DNA of 58,330 nt from contig JBEIQP010000003.1 of NCBI GenBank assembly GCA_040376455.1, positions 1 to 58,330 on the forward strand, in the 5' to 3' direction. Source of the DNA: Planctomycetaceae bacterium. Lineage in GTDB: Bacteria; Planctomycetota; Planctomycetia; Pirellulales; UBA1268. The position numbers and the translations under genes are program-made. Below, one piece after another: positions 48,705 through 58,330 of the stretch. Numbering within the stretch: the first letter of the stretch is position 1; every line of letters begins with the position of its first letter. The notes under the pieces were generated by a model. The model worked only from the letters and a program-made list of their open reading frames with translations. It searched no databases and was not told the origin of the DNA.

Positions 48705-50141
48705 ATGGCAGCACCGCAGCATGTCAGCTCGCTCTCGCGGCAGTTGGTCGCGCCCGTCGTCGGCCTCGTGCTCGCCGCGGTGCTCGCCAACGTCGGCTTT
48801 TCGTCCTGGCTGGCCGTGCGGCGGAGCGTCGCGGCGGCCCGCGCGGGCCAGGAACAGGTGGCGGCGGCGCTGCAGGCGGCGCGGGTGGCCCTGTCGCCGC
48901 AAGTGCTCGACACGTTGCATCGCCTGACCGGCAGCCACTTCGTCGTCTGGAACGCGGCCACCCGGACCGCCGGTCTGTCCACGCTGCCGGCCGCGTCGCT
49001 CGGCGCGGCTGAAACCGCACGGATCGCCGCCGCGATCGGCGACCGCGTGACGATCGGCGATCGCGTGTATCGAATCGGCGCGGCGCGATCGGAGGGCGTG
49101 CGACCGCAGACCGTGCTCGTGCTCACGCCGATGCAGGGCATGCTCCGCACCACCGTCGACGCCGTATGGCCGGTGCTCGCCGTGGCCGCCGCCACGCTCG
49201 CGGTGCTCGTGCCGCTGGGCCTCCGCACCACCGGCCGCCTTGCCGCCCGCATCGCCGCCGTCGAGGGGCACGTGGCCCAGATCGCCGCCGGAGACTTCGG
49301 CCGCACGCTGCCCGAGTCGGCTCCCGGGCCGGGAGGCCGCCGGCCGCCGGCCGACGAGATCAGCCGCCTGGTCGCAGGCGTCAACCGCATGAGCGCCACG
49401 CTCGACACGCTCCGCGGCACGCTCGTCGCGGGCGAACGCCAGCGGTTGCTCGGCCAGCTCGCCGCCGGCTTCGCGCACGAACTGCGCAACGCCATCACCG
49501 GCGCGAAACTCGCGATCGAGCTGCACCGGCGGCGGTGCCCGGCCGGCACCGCGGCGGCCGTTCAGGACGACAGCCTCACCGTCGCCATCCGCCAGCTCGA
49601 CATCGTCGAGGAGGAGGTGCGGGGGCTGCTCGCGCTCGGCAGGCCTCCGGAGACGCAGCCGCTCGCTTTCGCCGTCGATCCGCTTCTGACCGAGGTCCGC
49701 GACCTCACCGGCCCGCGCTGCGACCACGCCGGCGTGCGGCTCGACTGCGAGCCTTCCGGACTCGCGCTCGTCGGCCGCCGCGACGCCCTGCGGGCGGCGC
49801 TGGTCAACCTGGCGCTCAACGCGATCGACGCGGCGGGCCGCCACGGCGCCGTGCGCCTGTCGGCCGAGGCCGCCCCCGGCCGGGTGCGTCTGGTCGTCGA
49901 GGACACGGGGCCGGGGCCGCCGCCGGCCATCCGCGACACGCTGCACGAGCCGTTCGTGACCGGCAAGCCGGAAGGGATCGGCCTGGGGCTCGCCGTGGCC
50001 AAGGCGGTCGCGGAGGAGCATGGCGGCGGACTCGATTGGAGCCGTGTCGGAAACCGCACCCGGTTTGCGATTTCGCTTGCCGCGCCGACACTGGAAGCCG
50101 ATCGGGCCGGCACCATCCCCCGCGAGAGATCGATCCCGTGA
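48705..50141 (+). CDS. HAMP-domain sensor histidine kinase
   Basis: Two TM segments, DEISRL, H-box FAHELRN, N-box NLALNAIDA, DTGPG, PFVTGK, GIGLGL. Confidence 0.93.
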   Translation: MAAPQHVSSLSRQLVAPVVGLVLAAVLANVGFSSWLAVRRSVAAARAGQEQVAAALQAARVALSPQVLDTLHRLTGSHFVVWNAATRTAGLSTLPAASLGAAETARIAAAIGDRVTIGDRVYRIGAARSEGVRPQTVLVLTPMQGMLRTTVDAVWPVLAVAAATLAVLVPLGLRTTGRLAARIAAVEGHVAQIAAGDFGRTLPESAPGPGGRRPPADEISRLVAGVNRMSATLDTLRGTLVAGERQRLLGQLAAGFAHELRNAITGAKLAIELHRRRCPAGTAAAVQDDSLTVAIRQLDIVEEEVRGLLALGRPPETQPLAFAVDPLLTEVRDLTGPRCDHAGVRLDCEPSGLALVGRRDALRAALVNLALNAIDAAGRHGAVRLSAEAAPGRVRLVVEDTGPGPPPAIRDTLHEPFVTGKPEGIGLGLAVAKAVAEEHGGGLDWSRVGNRTRFAISLAAPTLEADRAGTIPRERSIP

Positions 50142-51562
50142 GCCGCCTCCTCATCGTCGATGACGAACCGGCCATCGGCTGGAGCCTCCGGGAACTGCTC
50201 GTCGATCAGGGCCACGCCGTCGAGGTGGCCTCGAGCGTCGAGGCGGCGCTCGACGTCTGCCGGCCGTTCGCGCCCGACGCCATCCTTCTCGACGTCCGGC
50301 TGCCGGGCCGCGACGGCCTCTCCGCGATCCCCGACCTGCGGGACAGCGCCCGCGACGCCCCGGTGATCGTGATGACGGCCTTCGGCGACCTCGACACGGC
50401 CGTCCGGGCCGTGAAGGCCGGCGCCTTCGACTACCTCGTGAAGCCCTTCGATCTCGACCGCGTGTCCGCGGTCGTCGCGCGGGCGCTCGCCGACCGGGCC
50501 ACCGCGGGACGGCCCGCGGCGCCGGCCCATGCCCCCGGTTCGGAAGCCGCCCTGATCGGTGCATCGGCCCCGATGCAGGAGGTGTTCAAGCAGATCGCGC
50601 TGGTGGCGGCCACCGATCTGCCCGTCCTGATCACCGGCGCGACCGGCACGGGCAAGGAACTCGCCGCGCGGGCGATCCACGCCCACAGCGGCCGCCGTGA
50701 CCGCCCGTTCGTGGCCACGAGCCTCGCCGCCCTCGCGCCCGGGATCGTGGAGCGCGAACTGTTCGGGCACGTCCGCGGCGCGTTCACCGGCGCCACGGCC
50801 GACCGCCCCGGCCTCTTCGAACTGGCGGCCGGGGGAACGATCTTTCTCGACGAGATCGGCGACGCGCCGACCGACGTGCAGGTGAAGTTGCTGCGCACCC
50901 TCGAGTCGCGGGAGGTGACCCGGGTCGGCTCCGTCGCCCCGCAGGCGGCCGACGTCCGCGTGATCGCCGCCACCAACCGCGACCTCGGCGAAGCGGTCGC
51001 AGCGGGTCGCTTCCGCAGCGACCTCCACCACCGGCTCCGGGTGTTTCCGATCCAGATGCCGACGCTCGCCGAGCGGCCCGACGACATCGAGCCGCTGGCC
51101 CTTCACTTTCTCGCGCGGCACGCGGCCGCGCTGCCCCAGGCGACGGCCGCGCCCGCGCCGACGCCCGAGTTCCTCGCCGCCCTCTGCGCTCGCCCCTGGT
51201 CGGGCAACGTCCGCGAACTCAAGCACGCGGTCGAGTACGCCGCGGTGATGGCCCGCGGCGGCATGCTGCGGCCGGAGCATCTGCCGGCGGTCCGGCCCGC
51301 GCCGGGTCCGGGCCGGCCCCTCGACACCGCGGCCGCCGCCGTCGGGGTTGCGGTCAAGGAGTGGGCCGCCGCGGCCCGGCTGGCCTTCGGCGAGTTGCCG
51401 GAGCCCGACCTGCACCACCGTGCCGTGGACCTCCTCGAGGCGACGCTGCTGCGCGAGGCGCTGGCCCACACCGGCGGCAACCGCACGGCCGCGGCCAAGC
51501 TGCTGGGCCTCGATCGGGCCACGCTCCGCACGAAACTGCGGCTGCTCGGCATCGACGACTGA
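50138..51562 (+). CDS. Sigma-54-dependent response regulator (NtrC family)
   Basis: Receiver LIVDDE/LLDVRLP, GATGTGKE, ELFGHVRGAFTGA, FLDEIG, WSGNVREL, Fis-type HTH. GTGA overlap with the kinase. Confidence 0.95.
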   Translation: MSRLLIVDDEPAIGWSLRELLVDQGHAVEVASSVEAALDVCRPFAPDAILLDVRLPGRDGLSAIPDLRDSARDAPVIVMTAFGDLDTAVRAVKAGAFDYLVKPFDLDRVSAVVARALADRATAGRPAAPAHAPGSEAALIGASAPMQEVFKQIALVAATDLPVLITGATGTGKELAARAIHAHSGRRDRPFVATSLAALAPGIVERELFGHVRGAFTGATADRPGLFELAAGGTIFLDEIGDAPTDVQVKLLRTLESREVTRVGSVAPQAADVRVIAATNRDLGEAVAAGRFRSDLHHRLRVFPIQMPTLAERPDDIEPLALHFLARHAAALPQATAAPAPTPEFLAALCARPWSGNVRELKHAVEYAAVMARGGMLRPEHLPAVRPAPGPGRPLDTAAAAVGVAVKEWAAAARLAFGELPEPDLHHRAVDLLEATLLREALAHTGGNRTAAAKLLGLDRATLRTKLRLLGIDD

Positions 51563-51586
51563 CCCGCCGGCCGCGGCGGCGGCTCG

Positions 51587-54500
51587 TCAGGGCGTCGTGC
51601 CCGCGGGGAGTGCCAGTGGAGCCGGGGCGGGGGGATTCCCGAAGAGCGTCTCGAGCGACTCGAGGCCGCGGTTGAGTCCGTCGTTGAGAACCGCCTGCGC
51701 GGTGTTCTCCACGATCCGCCCGAGGATGACGTCGATCGACCGGGCGTCGAACTGCGGCCGTTCGACGGTGCCCTTGAGCGGAATGGCCAGCGGCGTGCGG
51801 AGCAACTGCGCGACGACCGGCGTCTGGCCGGCGATGTCGCCACGCAGGGCGACCTCCACCACCATGGCCAGCGTGCCGTCGGCGCCCACGCTGCCGCTGC
51901 TCTTCACCGTCAACTGACCTGCATCCATCACCAGCCCCTCGTGCCAGAGCCGGCGATCGACCAGTCGGACCCGCATCGGCTCGGGACGCACCCGCATGAG
52001 CACCGTCTTGTCGCCGAATGCGAACCGGGGATCGACCACCGCCTGAAGCTTCGCGAGCAGGTTCACCAGTGGCTGCACCGTCGCCGCGGGCGTGACCTCC
52101 AGATCCCCGAAGATCACCTGCCCCGTCATCTCCCCCGCAAACGCGTCATCGAGCGGCAGCCGCGCGCCGGCGACGTCGATCGTGACGACCCCCTGGGTGT
52201 GCGTCGCATGCCCGAGCAGCGGCGACAGCCACGACACCCAGCGGTCGCAGAGCGGACCGGACAGCGCCACGCGATCGACGACCCGCCCCGCAGGCACCAC
52301 CAGTTCCGCCGGCCCGGGCGCCAGCCGCATCCAGGGCGCCCCGCGGAGCCGGCCGCCCGCGGCGCCGATGTCGAAGGGGCCAAACGCCAACTGGCCTTCG
52401 ACGAGCCGGACGGCCGTTTCACCGGCGTCGAGCGGAAGGCCTCCGATCTCGGCGGCCGTCCACGCCGCCGAGGTGTCGATCGAAAACGCCCGCAGCCGGT
52501 CGGCCAGCGTGCGGCGCGGCGGAGCCGCCGCCTTCACCGGCGTGGCGAGCCGGGCGGCGCGGTCCCCGTCGGCCCCCTCGCGTCCGCGGGCGGCCGACAG
52601 CCAGTCGTCCGGCAGCAGGAGCGTCTCGGGGGTGGGTGACGCCGCGGCCGCCGGCGGCGCCGCGGTGGCCACCGTCCGCACGTCACCGAGCGGCCCGCGA
52701 AACGCGAACGGCCGCGTGCCGGCGCCGGCGACCCGCAGGCTGCCTCCCGTCCAAGGCGTGAGCAGGCGGCAGACCTGCGCCCAGTCGTAGGACACGCTGC
52801 CGTCGAGATCGACGACCCGGCGAGTCGCCCATTCCGAGATGCCCCCGCGGGCCGCCAGGGCGACGGTCGTCGATTCGAGGCCGATCCGGTCGATCTGCAC
52901 GCGATCCGCCAGCGCCGCATCGGCGCCGTACGGCCGCGTCACCTCGAACGACAGCCGCGCCCGAGGCTCGCTCCAGACCGGTTGCGGCCCGCCCCCGCCG
53001 GGACAGCCGGCCGCGGCGGGGGTGCCGCCACGGGCCACGACGAGCTGCGTGCCACTCGCCTCGACGAGCAGGTTCACGCCGGCCGTCGCATCGACGAGTT
53101 CCACGGTGCCCGATAGTTCGCCCGACGCGGGCCACTGGCTCACGGTCTCCGGCGGCAGCAGCCACTGTTCCAGCCGGTTCACGTTCGCCCGCCACTGCGC
53201 CTTGCCGCGCAGCCGTTCGAAGAGCCGGACGAGATCGCCGGCTGCCGCTTCGCCGTGCCGCCGGCGCGGGGCCATCCACGACAGGCCGCCGGTTCGCAGC
53301 GACAGCGTCGCGGTGAGAATCTCGCCCGACGAGATGTCCACCTGCCCGGTGGCCGGATGGATGAGGCCTGCGGCGGTGGCGACCAGCCGGGGCTCCCGAA
53401 TCTGCCGCGTGGCGGTGCGGACGAGCAGCTTTTCCACCGCGCCGCCGGCCCGCGTGATCTGCCAAGCGTCGCCGCGCGCGTTGATCGCCGCGGCGGCCTC
53501 GAGCGTGCCGCCCAGTTCGACGCCCGCGGCGGCCAGCGTCGGCTCGAACGCGGCGAACCGCGCGTGCCAGCGGGCCAGGTCGCCGGCCAACGAGCAATCG
53601 GCCGAGATGCCCGCCGCGCCCGGCGCCGCCCGCAGCCAGGGGGCGTCGCCGCCGCGGCCGAGCAGGCCTTCGATGCCGACGATCACCCCGCCGGTGAGCG
53701 TGGCCTCGAGGCGGTCGCCGGCACCGGCGACGAGTGCATGGGCCTGATCGACGAGCGCCGCGCCGCCGGCGATGCGGCCGGAGCCTTCCGCCTCGAGCGT
53801 GATCTCCTTGTCGCGCCACGCCGGCCGGCCCGGAGACGTCAGTTCGAAATCGGTCAGGCTGGCGATGACCTTCACGTCGGCCGCCGCCGCCGGATCGGCG
53901 CGGCTCACGTGGATCCGGCCCCGCGAGGATCCGGCCACCCGGGTTTCCCCGAGATCGAGCAGTTCCGCCGCCTCGGCGACGAGCCGGTCGATGTCGAGCG
54001 TCCACTGCACCGTCGCGTCGGCCGCGTTGCCGGAGGCCGACACCTCCAGGGCGTTCGACGCGATCCGGGCATCCTCGATCCGGAGCTGGTCGCCCCGCGA
54101 CCGTCTGCCGCGCAGCCAGGCGGTGAACGGCTCGTTCCAGCGGAGCGGCCGCTCGCGCACCGTCGCCTTGGCATTCGCCTCGTCCGGGGACGCGGCCTCG
54201 ACCACGCTTTGCACCGCTGCGAGATCGCGCGATGTCACGCGCACCTCCAGCACCCGGTCGTCGCCGTCGGCGCGGGACGCGGCCGCCACCTGCAGCCGCC
54301 CGTCGGTCACGCGGACATCGGGCCGCACGGCGAGGCCGCCGGCGATCGCCCGCGAGGCGGCGGCCAGATCGATGTCGGCGGCGATCGCGAAATCCTCCTC
54401 GATCAGACCCTCGCCCCAGGCCCACGACCCCGCCGTCGGCAGGCGGATGCGTCCCGAGGCTTCGGCGCGAAACAGCGGCGACTGGGCCGCGAACGTGCGG

Positions 54501-55558
54501 ACGACGAGCCGATCGCCCTCCAGGGAACAATCGATGGGCACCTCGCACCGCTCGATCCCGGCCACCTCCGCGAGCGTATCGGCCCGGCAGATCGCCAGCT
54601 GCGTCACCAGCGCCGAGCCCGAGATTCGCGCGCCGGCCGCGGCCGTCGCCAGGTCGAGCCGGATGTCGGCCAGGCCGTCGAGCAGATGCGCCGTCTCGAA
54701 TCGGGTCGCCAGCAGGCTCGACGCGCCGAGGGGCAGCCGGTGCGCGGCGAGCGTCACGGCCCGCGACTCGGCGGCGCCGGCGGGCGACGAGACCGAGAAG
54801 CCGCCATCGCGGGCGAGCACCGCCGTGGCGCCCGCGGCGATCGTGGTGCGATCGAGCCGCGCCGACGCTTCGGCGGGTTCGACCGACGGTGCCGCGGGGG
54901 AGGCGGCGACCCGCGCCGACGCGTCCACGGCGGGCGGATCGACATGCCGCAGCCGGCCGGCCACGGTCCAGCCAGCGAGCGTGGCATCGGATCGCACGGT
55001 TCCGGCCGCGAGCACGTCCGATAGCCGCCAGGCATCCCGCCGCTCGACGTCCCGGAGTTCGACGGCCGCGTCCACCACCTCCAGCTCGAACGACATCGGC
55101 CGCGCCGTTCCGGCCGCGACCGCCGCCAGCCAGGGGGCGAGGATGTCCTCGAGCGAACTGCCGCCGCGCCGCACCTCCACGAGCGCCTCCGGCGCGACGA
55201 GGCGAATGGTACCGAGGTCGTCTGGATCGACGGCCAGCTGGAGCAGGCCGCGGTCGATGACGACCCGGGGCACCATCAGGTTCGTCCGTCCGGCCGCGTC
55301 GCGCAGCACGATGTCGCGATACTCGATGCCGCCGAGCCAATGCCACCGCGCCTCACCGCTCGACACGCTGCCGTCGATGCCGGCGAAGAGGGCCGTCAGC
55401 GGCCGGTCGCGGAGTTCGGTGAGCACGAGGATCGTGGGCGCGATCCAGACGGCCGCGGCCACGACAGCCAGCGCCGCCAGCGAGAACACGGCCCAGCGCC
55501 GCGGCCGCGCGCCTCGGGATCGGCCCCCGCCGTCGTATCGGGAATGTCTCCTGGCCAT
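51587..55558 (-). CDS. Large AsmA/TamB-like envelope protein
   Basis: N-terminal TM anchor, ~1320 aa rich in beta strands, C-terminal SSGSVGADGTL..IPLKGTVERPQFD typical of AsmA-like C-termini. Confidence 0.75.
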   Translation of the reverse strand: MARRHSRYDGGGRSRGARPRRWAVFSLAALAVVAAAVWIAPTILVLTELRDRPLTALFAGIDGSVSSGEARWHWLGGIEYRDIVLRDAAGRTNLMVPRVVIDRGLLQLAVDPDDLGTIRLVAPEALVEVRRGGSSLEDILAPWLAAVAAGTARPMSFELEVVDAAVELRDVERRDAWRLSDVLAAGTVRSDATLAGWTVAGRLRHVDPPAVDASARVAASPAAPSVEPAEASARLDRTTIAAGATAVLARDGGFSVSSPAGAAESRAVTLAAHRLPLGASSLLATRFETAHLLDGLADIRLDLATAAAGARISGSALVTQLAICRADTLAEVAGIERCEVPIDCSLEGDRLVVRTFAAQSPLFRAEASGRIRLPTAGSWAWGEGLIEEDFAIAADIDLAAASRAIAGGLAVRPDVRVTDGRLQVAAASRADGDDRVLEVRVTSRDLAAVQSVVEAASPDEANAKATVRERPLRWNEPFTAWLRGRRSRGDQLRIEDARIASNALEVSASGNAADATVQWTLDIDRLVAEAAELLDLGETRVAGSSRGRIHVSRADPAAAADVKVIASLTDFELTSPGRPAWRDKEITLEAEGSGRIAGGAALVDQAHALVAGAGDRLEATLTGGVIVGIEGLLGRGGDAPWLRAAPGAAGISADCSLAGDLARWHARFAAFEPTLAAAGVELGGTLEAAAAINARGDAWQITRAGGAVEKLLVRTATRQIREPRLVATAAGLIHPATGQVDISSGEILTATLSLRTGGLSWMAPRRRHGEAAAGDLVRLFERLRGKAQWRANVNRLEQWLLPPETVSQWPASGELSGTVELVDATAGVNLLVEASGTQLVVARGGTPAAAGCPGGGGPQPVWSEPRARLSFEVTRPYGADAALADRVQIDRIGLESTTVALAARGGISEWATRRVVDLDGSVSYDWAQVCRLLTPWTGGSLRVAGAGTRPFAFRGPLGDVRTVATAAPPAAAASPTPETLLLPDDWLSAARGREGADGDRAARLATPVKAAAPPRRTLADRLRAFSIDTSAAWTAAEIGGLPLDAGETAVRLVEGQLAFGPFDIGAAGGRLRGAPWMRLAPGPAELVVPAGRVVDRVALSGPLCDRWVSWLSPLLGHATHTQGVVTIDVAGARLPLDDAFAGEMTGQVIFGDLEVTPAATVQPLVNLLAKLQAVVDPRFAFGDKTVLMRVRPEPMRVRLVDRRLWHEGLVMDAGQLTVKSSGSVGADGTLAMVVEVALRGDIAGQTPVVAQLLRTPLAIPLKGTVERPQFDARSIDVILGRIVENTAQAVLNDGLNRGLESLETLFGNPPAPAPLALPAGTTP

Positions 55559-55583
55559 GGGGGAGGAGTATAGAAGGCCCCCT

Positions 55584-56336
55584 TCACCCGGCAGAAGGCG
55601 GATATTTGCGGCGCGCGAGCCCCGCGAGATCCTCCGGCGTGTCGATGTCGATGAACGACGCGAGGTCGGGATCGACCGCGGCGCATTCCGCCGCGCTGAC
55701 CTCGTCCACGCCGCCGTCCGTGGAGCCGGCGAGTGCCGCGAGCAGCCCCCGCGGGTCGCGGCGACCGGTCGCCAGATAGGCATCGATCCGCGGCAGGAGC
55801 CGCACCGCCACCACCGAGAGGAGCACCTGCAGATGGCCGTGCACGACGGGCACCACCCAGTCGGCGCGGCCGGCCTGACCGCGATCCACCAGGAGCCGCA
55901 CCAATTCACGACGCAGGAGCGGCACGTCGCACGAGCAGATGAACGCGACCCCGGGCGGCGAACTGCGGCCGACCGCGGCCTCGAGGCCGTCGCGGATGCC
56001 CGCGAGTGGCCCGGCGCCGGGGGTGCGGTCGCGGACGATCACGGCGGCGGCGGGCAGCGGTGGCAAGGGCTGCCCGGGCGCGGCCACCACGTAGAGCTCG
56101 TCCACCTCGGCGGCCACCGTCGCGGCGACGGTCCCGAGCAACGGGCGGCCGGCCAGTTCGAGCGCCGCCTTGCCGCCGACCGGCGCCACCGGCCCGAGGC
56201 GGGTCGAGCCACCCCCGGCGAGCACGATGCCGATCGCGCCGGCGTGGGATCGTGTCTCGGCAGCGTGCACGGCGGAAGCCTGCCCCACGGTCGTGAACCC
56301 CCGACGCCGGAGCCGTGCGGCCGCCGGCGGCGCCAT
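55584..56336 (-). CDS. mobA: Molybdenum cofactor guanylyltransferase
   Basis: IVLAGGGSTRLG, KA.L, GPLAGI, SCDVP, FIDIDTPEDL. Confidence 0.9.
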   Translation of the reverse strand: MAPPAAARLRRRGFTTVGQASAVHAAETRSHAGAIGIVLAGGGSTRLGPVAPVGGKAALELAGRPLLGTVAATVAAEVDELYVVAAPGQPLPPLPAAAVIVRDRTPGAGPLAGIRDGLEAAVGRSSPPGVAFICSCDVPLLRRELVRLLVDRGQAGRADWVVPVVHGHLQVLLSVVAVRLLPRIDAYLATGRRDPRGLLAALAGSTDGGVDEVSAAECAAVDPDLASFIDIDTPEDLAGLARRKYPPSAG

Positions 56337-56355
56337 GCCGGCCACCGACCCCACG

Positions 56356-57567
56356 CTACCTGCCCAGGAACCGCTCGATCCGGTCGAGTCCTGCGACCAA
56401 CTTCTCCTCGGAAGAGGCGAACGACATGCGCACGTGTCCTTCGGCGCCGAACGCGCTGCCCGCCACGAGCGCCACGTGCTCCTGCTCGAGGAGCGCTTCG
56501 CACCACTGCATGCTGGTGGCGATGCCGCGGCCCGCCGACCGCGCGAGCGGTTCCCGGATGTCGAAGAACGCGTAGAACGCGCCGCCGATGTCCGGCAGCC
56601 GCACGCCGGGCATCGCGGCGAGGCGGCGGGCGACCAGGTCGCGCCGCTTCTGGAAGGCCCGGCACATCTCGGTCACGCATTCCTGCGGGCCGGTGAGCGC
56701 GGCCACGGCGGCGTGCTGGCTGATGCTGCAGGGGTTGCTCGTCTCCTGGCTCTGCAGGTTGGCGATCGCCCGCGCGAGCGGTTCGGGGCAGATCGTCCAG
56801 CCAATCCGCCAGCCGGTCATCGAATAGGTCTTGCTCACGCCCGCCACCACGACCGTGCGGTTCTCGAGCCCCGGCCGCAGCGTGGGAAACGAGACCGAGC
56901 GGCGGCCGTCGTAGACGAGCTGGTCGTAAATCTCGTCGGAGACGACGGCCAGATCGGCCTCGATCGCGATGTCGGCGAGCGCCGCCAGTTCCGCCTCGGT
57001 GTAGACGACCCCGGTGGGGTTGCTCGGCGAGCAGAGCAGGAGCATCCGCGTGCGCGGCGTGAGCGCCGCCCGCAGGGCCTGCGGCCGGAGCTTGAAATCG
57101 TCCTCGATCCGGGTCTCGAGCAGCACCGGTCGGGCGCCGGCCAACTTGATCAGTTCGGCGTAGCTCACCCAGTAGGGCGTCGGCACGATGACCTCGTCCC
57201 CCTCGTCGAGCAGGGCCGTGAAGACATTGTGCAGCGCATGCTTGGCGCCGTTGGAGACCACCACCTGGGCGGCCGTGACCGGCAGCCCCGTGCGTCGGGA
57301 ATGGTCGGCGGCCACGGCCTTCCGCAGATCGGGAATGCCGGCGGCGGGCGTGTATTTGGTCTTCCCCGACCGGATCGCGGCCTCGGCCGCCCGACAGATG
57401 TGTTCGGGCGTGGGAAAATCGGGCTCGCCGACCGAGAGGTCGATGACATCGACGCCGGCGGCGGCCATCGCCGAGGCCCGGGCGGCCATCGCCAACGTGG
57501 CGGACGGCTCGAGCGACGCCATGCGGCGTGCGGTCTGCAGACTGTTCGACTCCGCTGTGCGGTCCAT
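56356..57567 (-). CDS. PLP-dependent class I aminotransferase (aspartate aminotransferase-like)
   Basis: GEPDFPTP, TKYTPAAG, NGAKHAL, PYWVSY, SPSNPTG, SDEIY, SKTYSMTGWRIG. Confidence 0.95.
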   Translation of the reverse strand: MDRTAESNSLQTARRMASLEPSATLAMAARASAMAAAGVDVIDLSVGEPDFPTPEHICRAAEAAIRSGKTKYTPAAGIPDLRKAVAADHSRRTGLPVTAAQVVVSNGAKHALHNVFTALLDEGDEVIVPTPYWVSYAELIKLAGARPVLLETRIEDDFKLRPQALRAALTPRTRMLLLCSPSNPTGVVYTEAELAALADIAIEADLAVVSDEIYDQLVYDGRRSVSFPTLRPGLENRTVVVAGVSKTYSMTGWRIGWTICPEPLARAIANLQSQETSNPCSISQHAAVAALTGPQECVTEMCRAFQKRRDLVARRLAAMPGVRLPDIGGAFYAFFDIREPLARSAGRGIATSMQWCEALLEQEHVALVAGSAFGAEGHVRMSFASSEEKLVAGLDRIERFLGR

Positions 57568-57683
57568 GCGGGCTTCCTGCCGTCTCCTGCGGTTGCTTGA
57601 CACCTCTTGCACGTCGCAGAATGATACCACCCGGCTGTCGGTTTCCCACCGAAAACCAGCGCTGACTTCCGCGAAAGGATCGC

Positions 57684-58330
57684 ATGCCCCACCCACGCCC
57701 CGATTCTCCGAGCCGCATCGGTCTGTGGCTCGTCGGAGCCAAGGGGGGTGTCGCCACGACGATGCTCACCGGCTTGGCGGCGCTCCGCCGCGGAGCCGTC
57801 GCCCCCGTTGGCCTGGTGACCGCGCTCGATCCCTTCACGCGGCTGGGGCTGGTCGATTTCCCCGACATCGTCGTGGGTGGTCACGACATCCGCGCAGGCA
57901 GGCTCGCGGACGAGGCGCGGCGGATGTGGACCGAGAGCCGCGCGATCATGCCCGAGCTGCTCGACGGCTCGGCCGACTTCTTCGCGGAGGTGGAAGCGCG
58001 GCTCCGGCCGGGCACCGTGGTGGCGGCGGGGGACGCGATCCGCCGCCTCGCCGACGACGGCATCGCCGCGCGGGTCGAGACGCCGCGGCAGGCGATCGAG
58101 CGGATCCGGGAGGATCTGGAGGCCTTCGCGACGGCGGAGCAGCTCCGCCACGTGGTCGTCGTCAACGTCGCTTCCACCGAACCGCCGCCGGCGCTGCCGA
58201 TCCCGCGCGACTTCGCCGATGTGCGACCGCTGCTCGACGACGCCGTCCGCTGCCCGCTGCCGGCGAGCAGCCTCTACTTCCTGGCGGCCGCCGAGGCGGG
58301 GGCGTCGTACGTCAATTTCACTCCCTCGAC
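57684..58330 (+). CDS. ino1: Inositol-3-phosphate synthase (5' part; runs off the window)
   Basis: My translation: IGLWLVGAKGGVATT, VVGGHDIR, VVVVNVASTEP, LPASSLY, YVNFTPS. No stop before the window end. Confidence 0.88.
   Translation, partial: MPHPRPDSPSRIGLWLVGAKGGVATTMLTGLAALRRGAVAPVGLVTALDPFTRLGLVDFPDIVVGGHDIRAGRLADEARRMWTESRAIMPELLDGSADFFAEVEARLRPGTVVAAGDAIRRLADDGIAARVETPRQAIERIREDLEAFATAEQLRHVVVVNVASTEPPPALPIPRDFADVRPLLDDAVRCPLPASSLYFLAAAEAGASYVNFTPS

Noticed and set aside
57684-58330. ino1 as part of the proposed thiol pathway (mycothiol-like)
   Set aside because: Lies 50 kb from the BshC-like operon with no linkage; more likely begins a separate inositol-related cluster outside the window.

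Overview
High-GC bacterial chromosome segment, most likely from a planctomycete. This is inferred from a DUF1559 prepilin-like gene, a Zn-ribbon SpoVG, a redoxin/cytochrome c/Cu-monooxygenase fusion and lysS-lolE-lolD synteny. It holds about 45 genes and one tRNA-Ile2(CAU). Housekeeping blocks (sulfite reductase, rsmE, rlmN, ispE-spoVG, lysS-lolE-lolD-ilvE, prmA, uxaC, mobA, aminotransferase, partial ino1) are interrupted by two accessory islets (~14.0-19.4 kb and ~34.2-45.9 kb, the latter abutting the tRNA 3' end) containing porins, a sulfatase, AraC genes and several internally deleted gene relics. I saw no CRISPR array, integrase or transposase. The best candidates for undescribed systems are: (1) a Cys-rich, polyproline-terminated leader-like ORF followed by a DUF1559 pilin-like gene and a DUF4198 gene, possibly a metal-sensing uptake module; (2) a GT2 / BshC-like / tandem-GNAT operon with a structured 5' leader next to sulfite reductase and a GT4, possibly a non-canonical low-molecular-weight thiol pathway; and (3) a duplicated gene 3' end with only synonymous changes, resembling an att scar. 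All family assignments come from motif recognition by eye, not database searches. Start codons are my best estimates.
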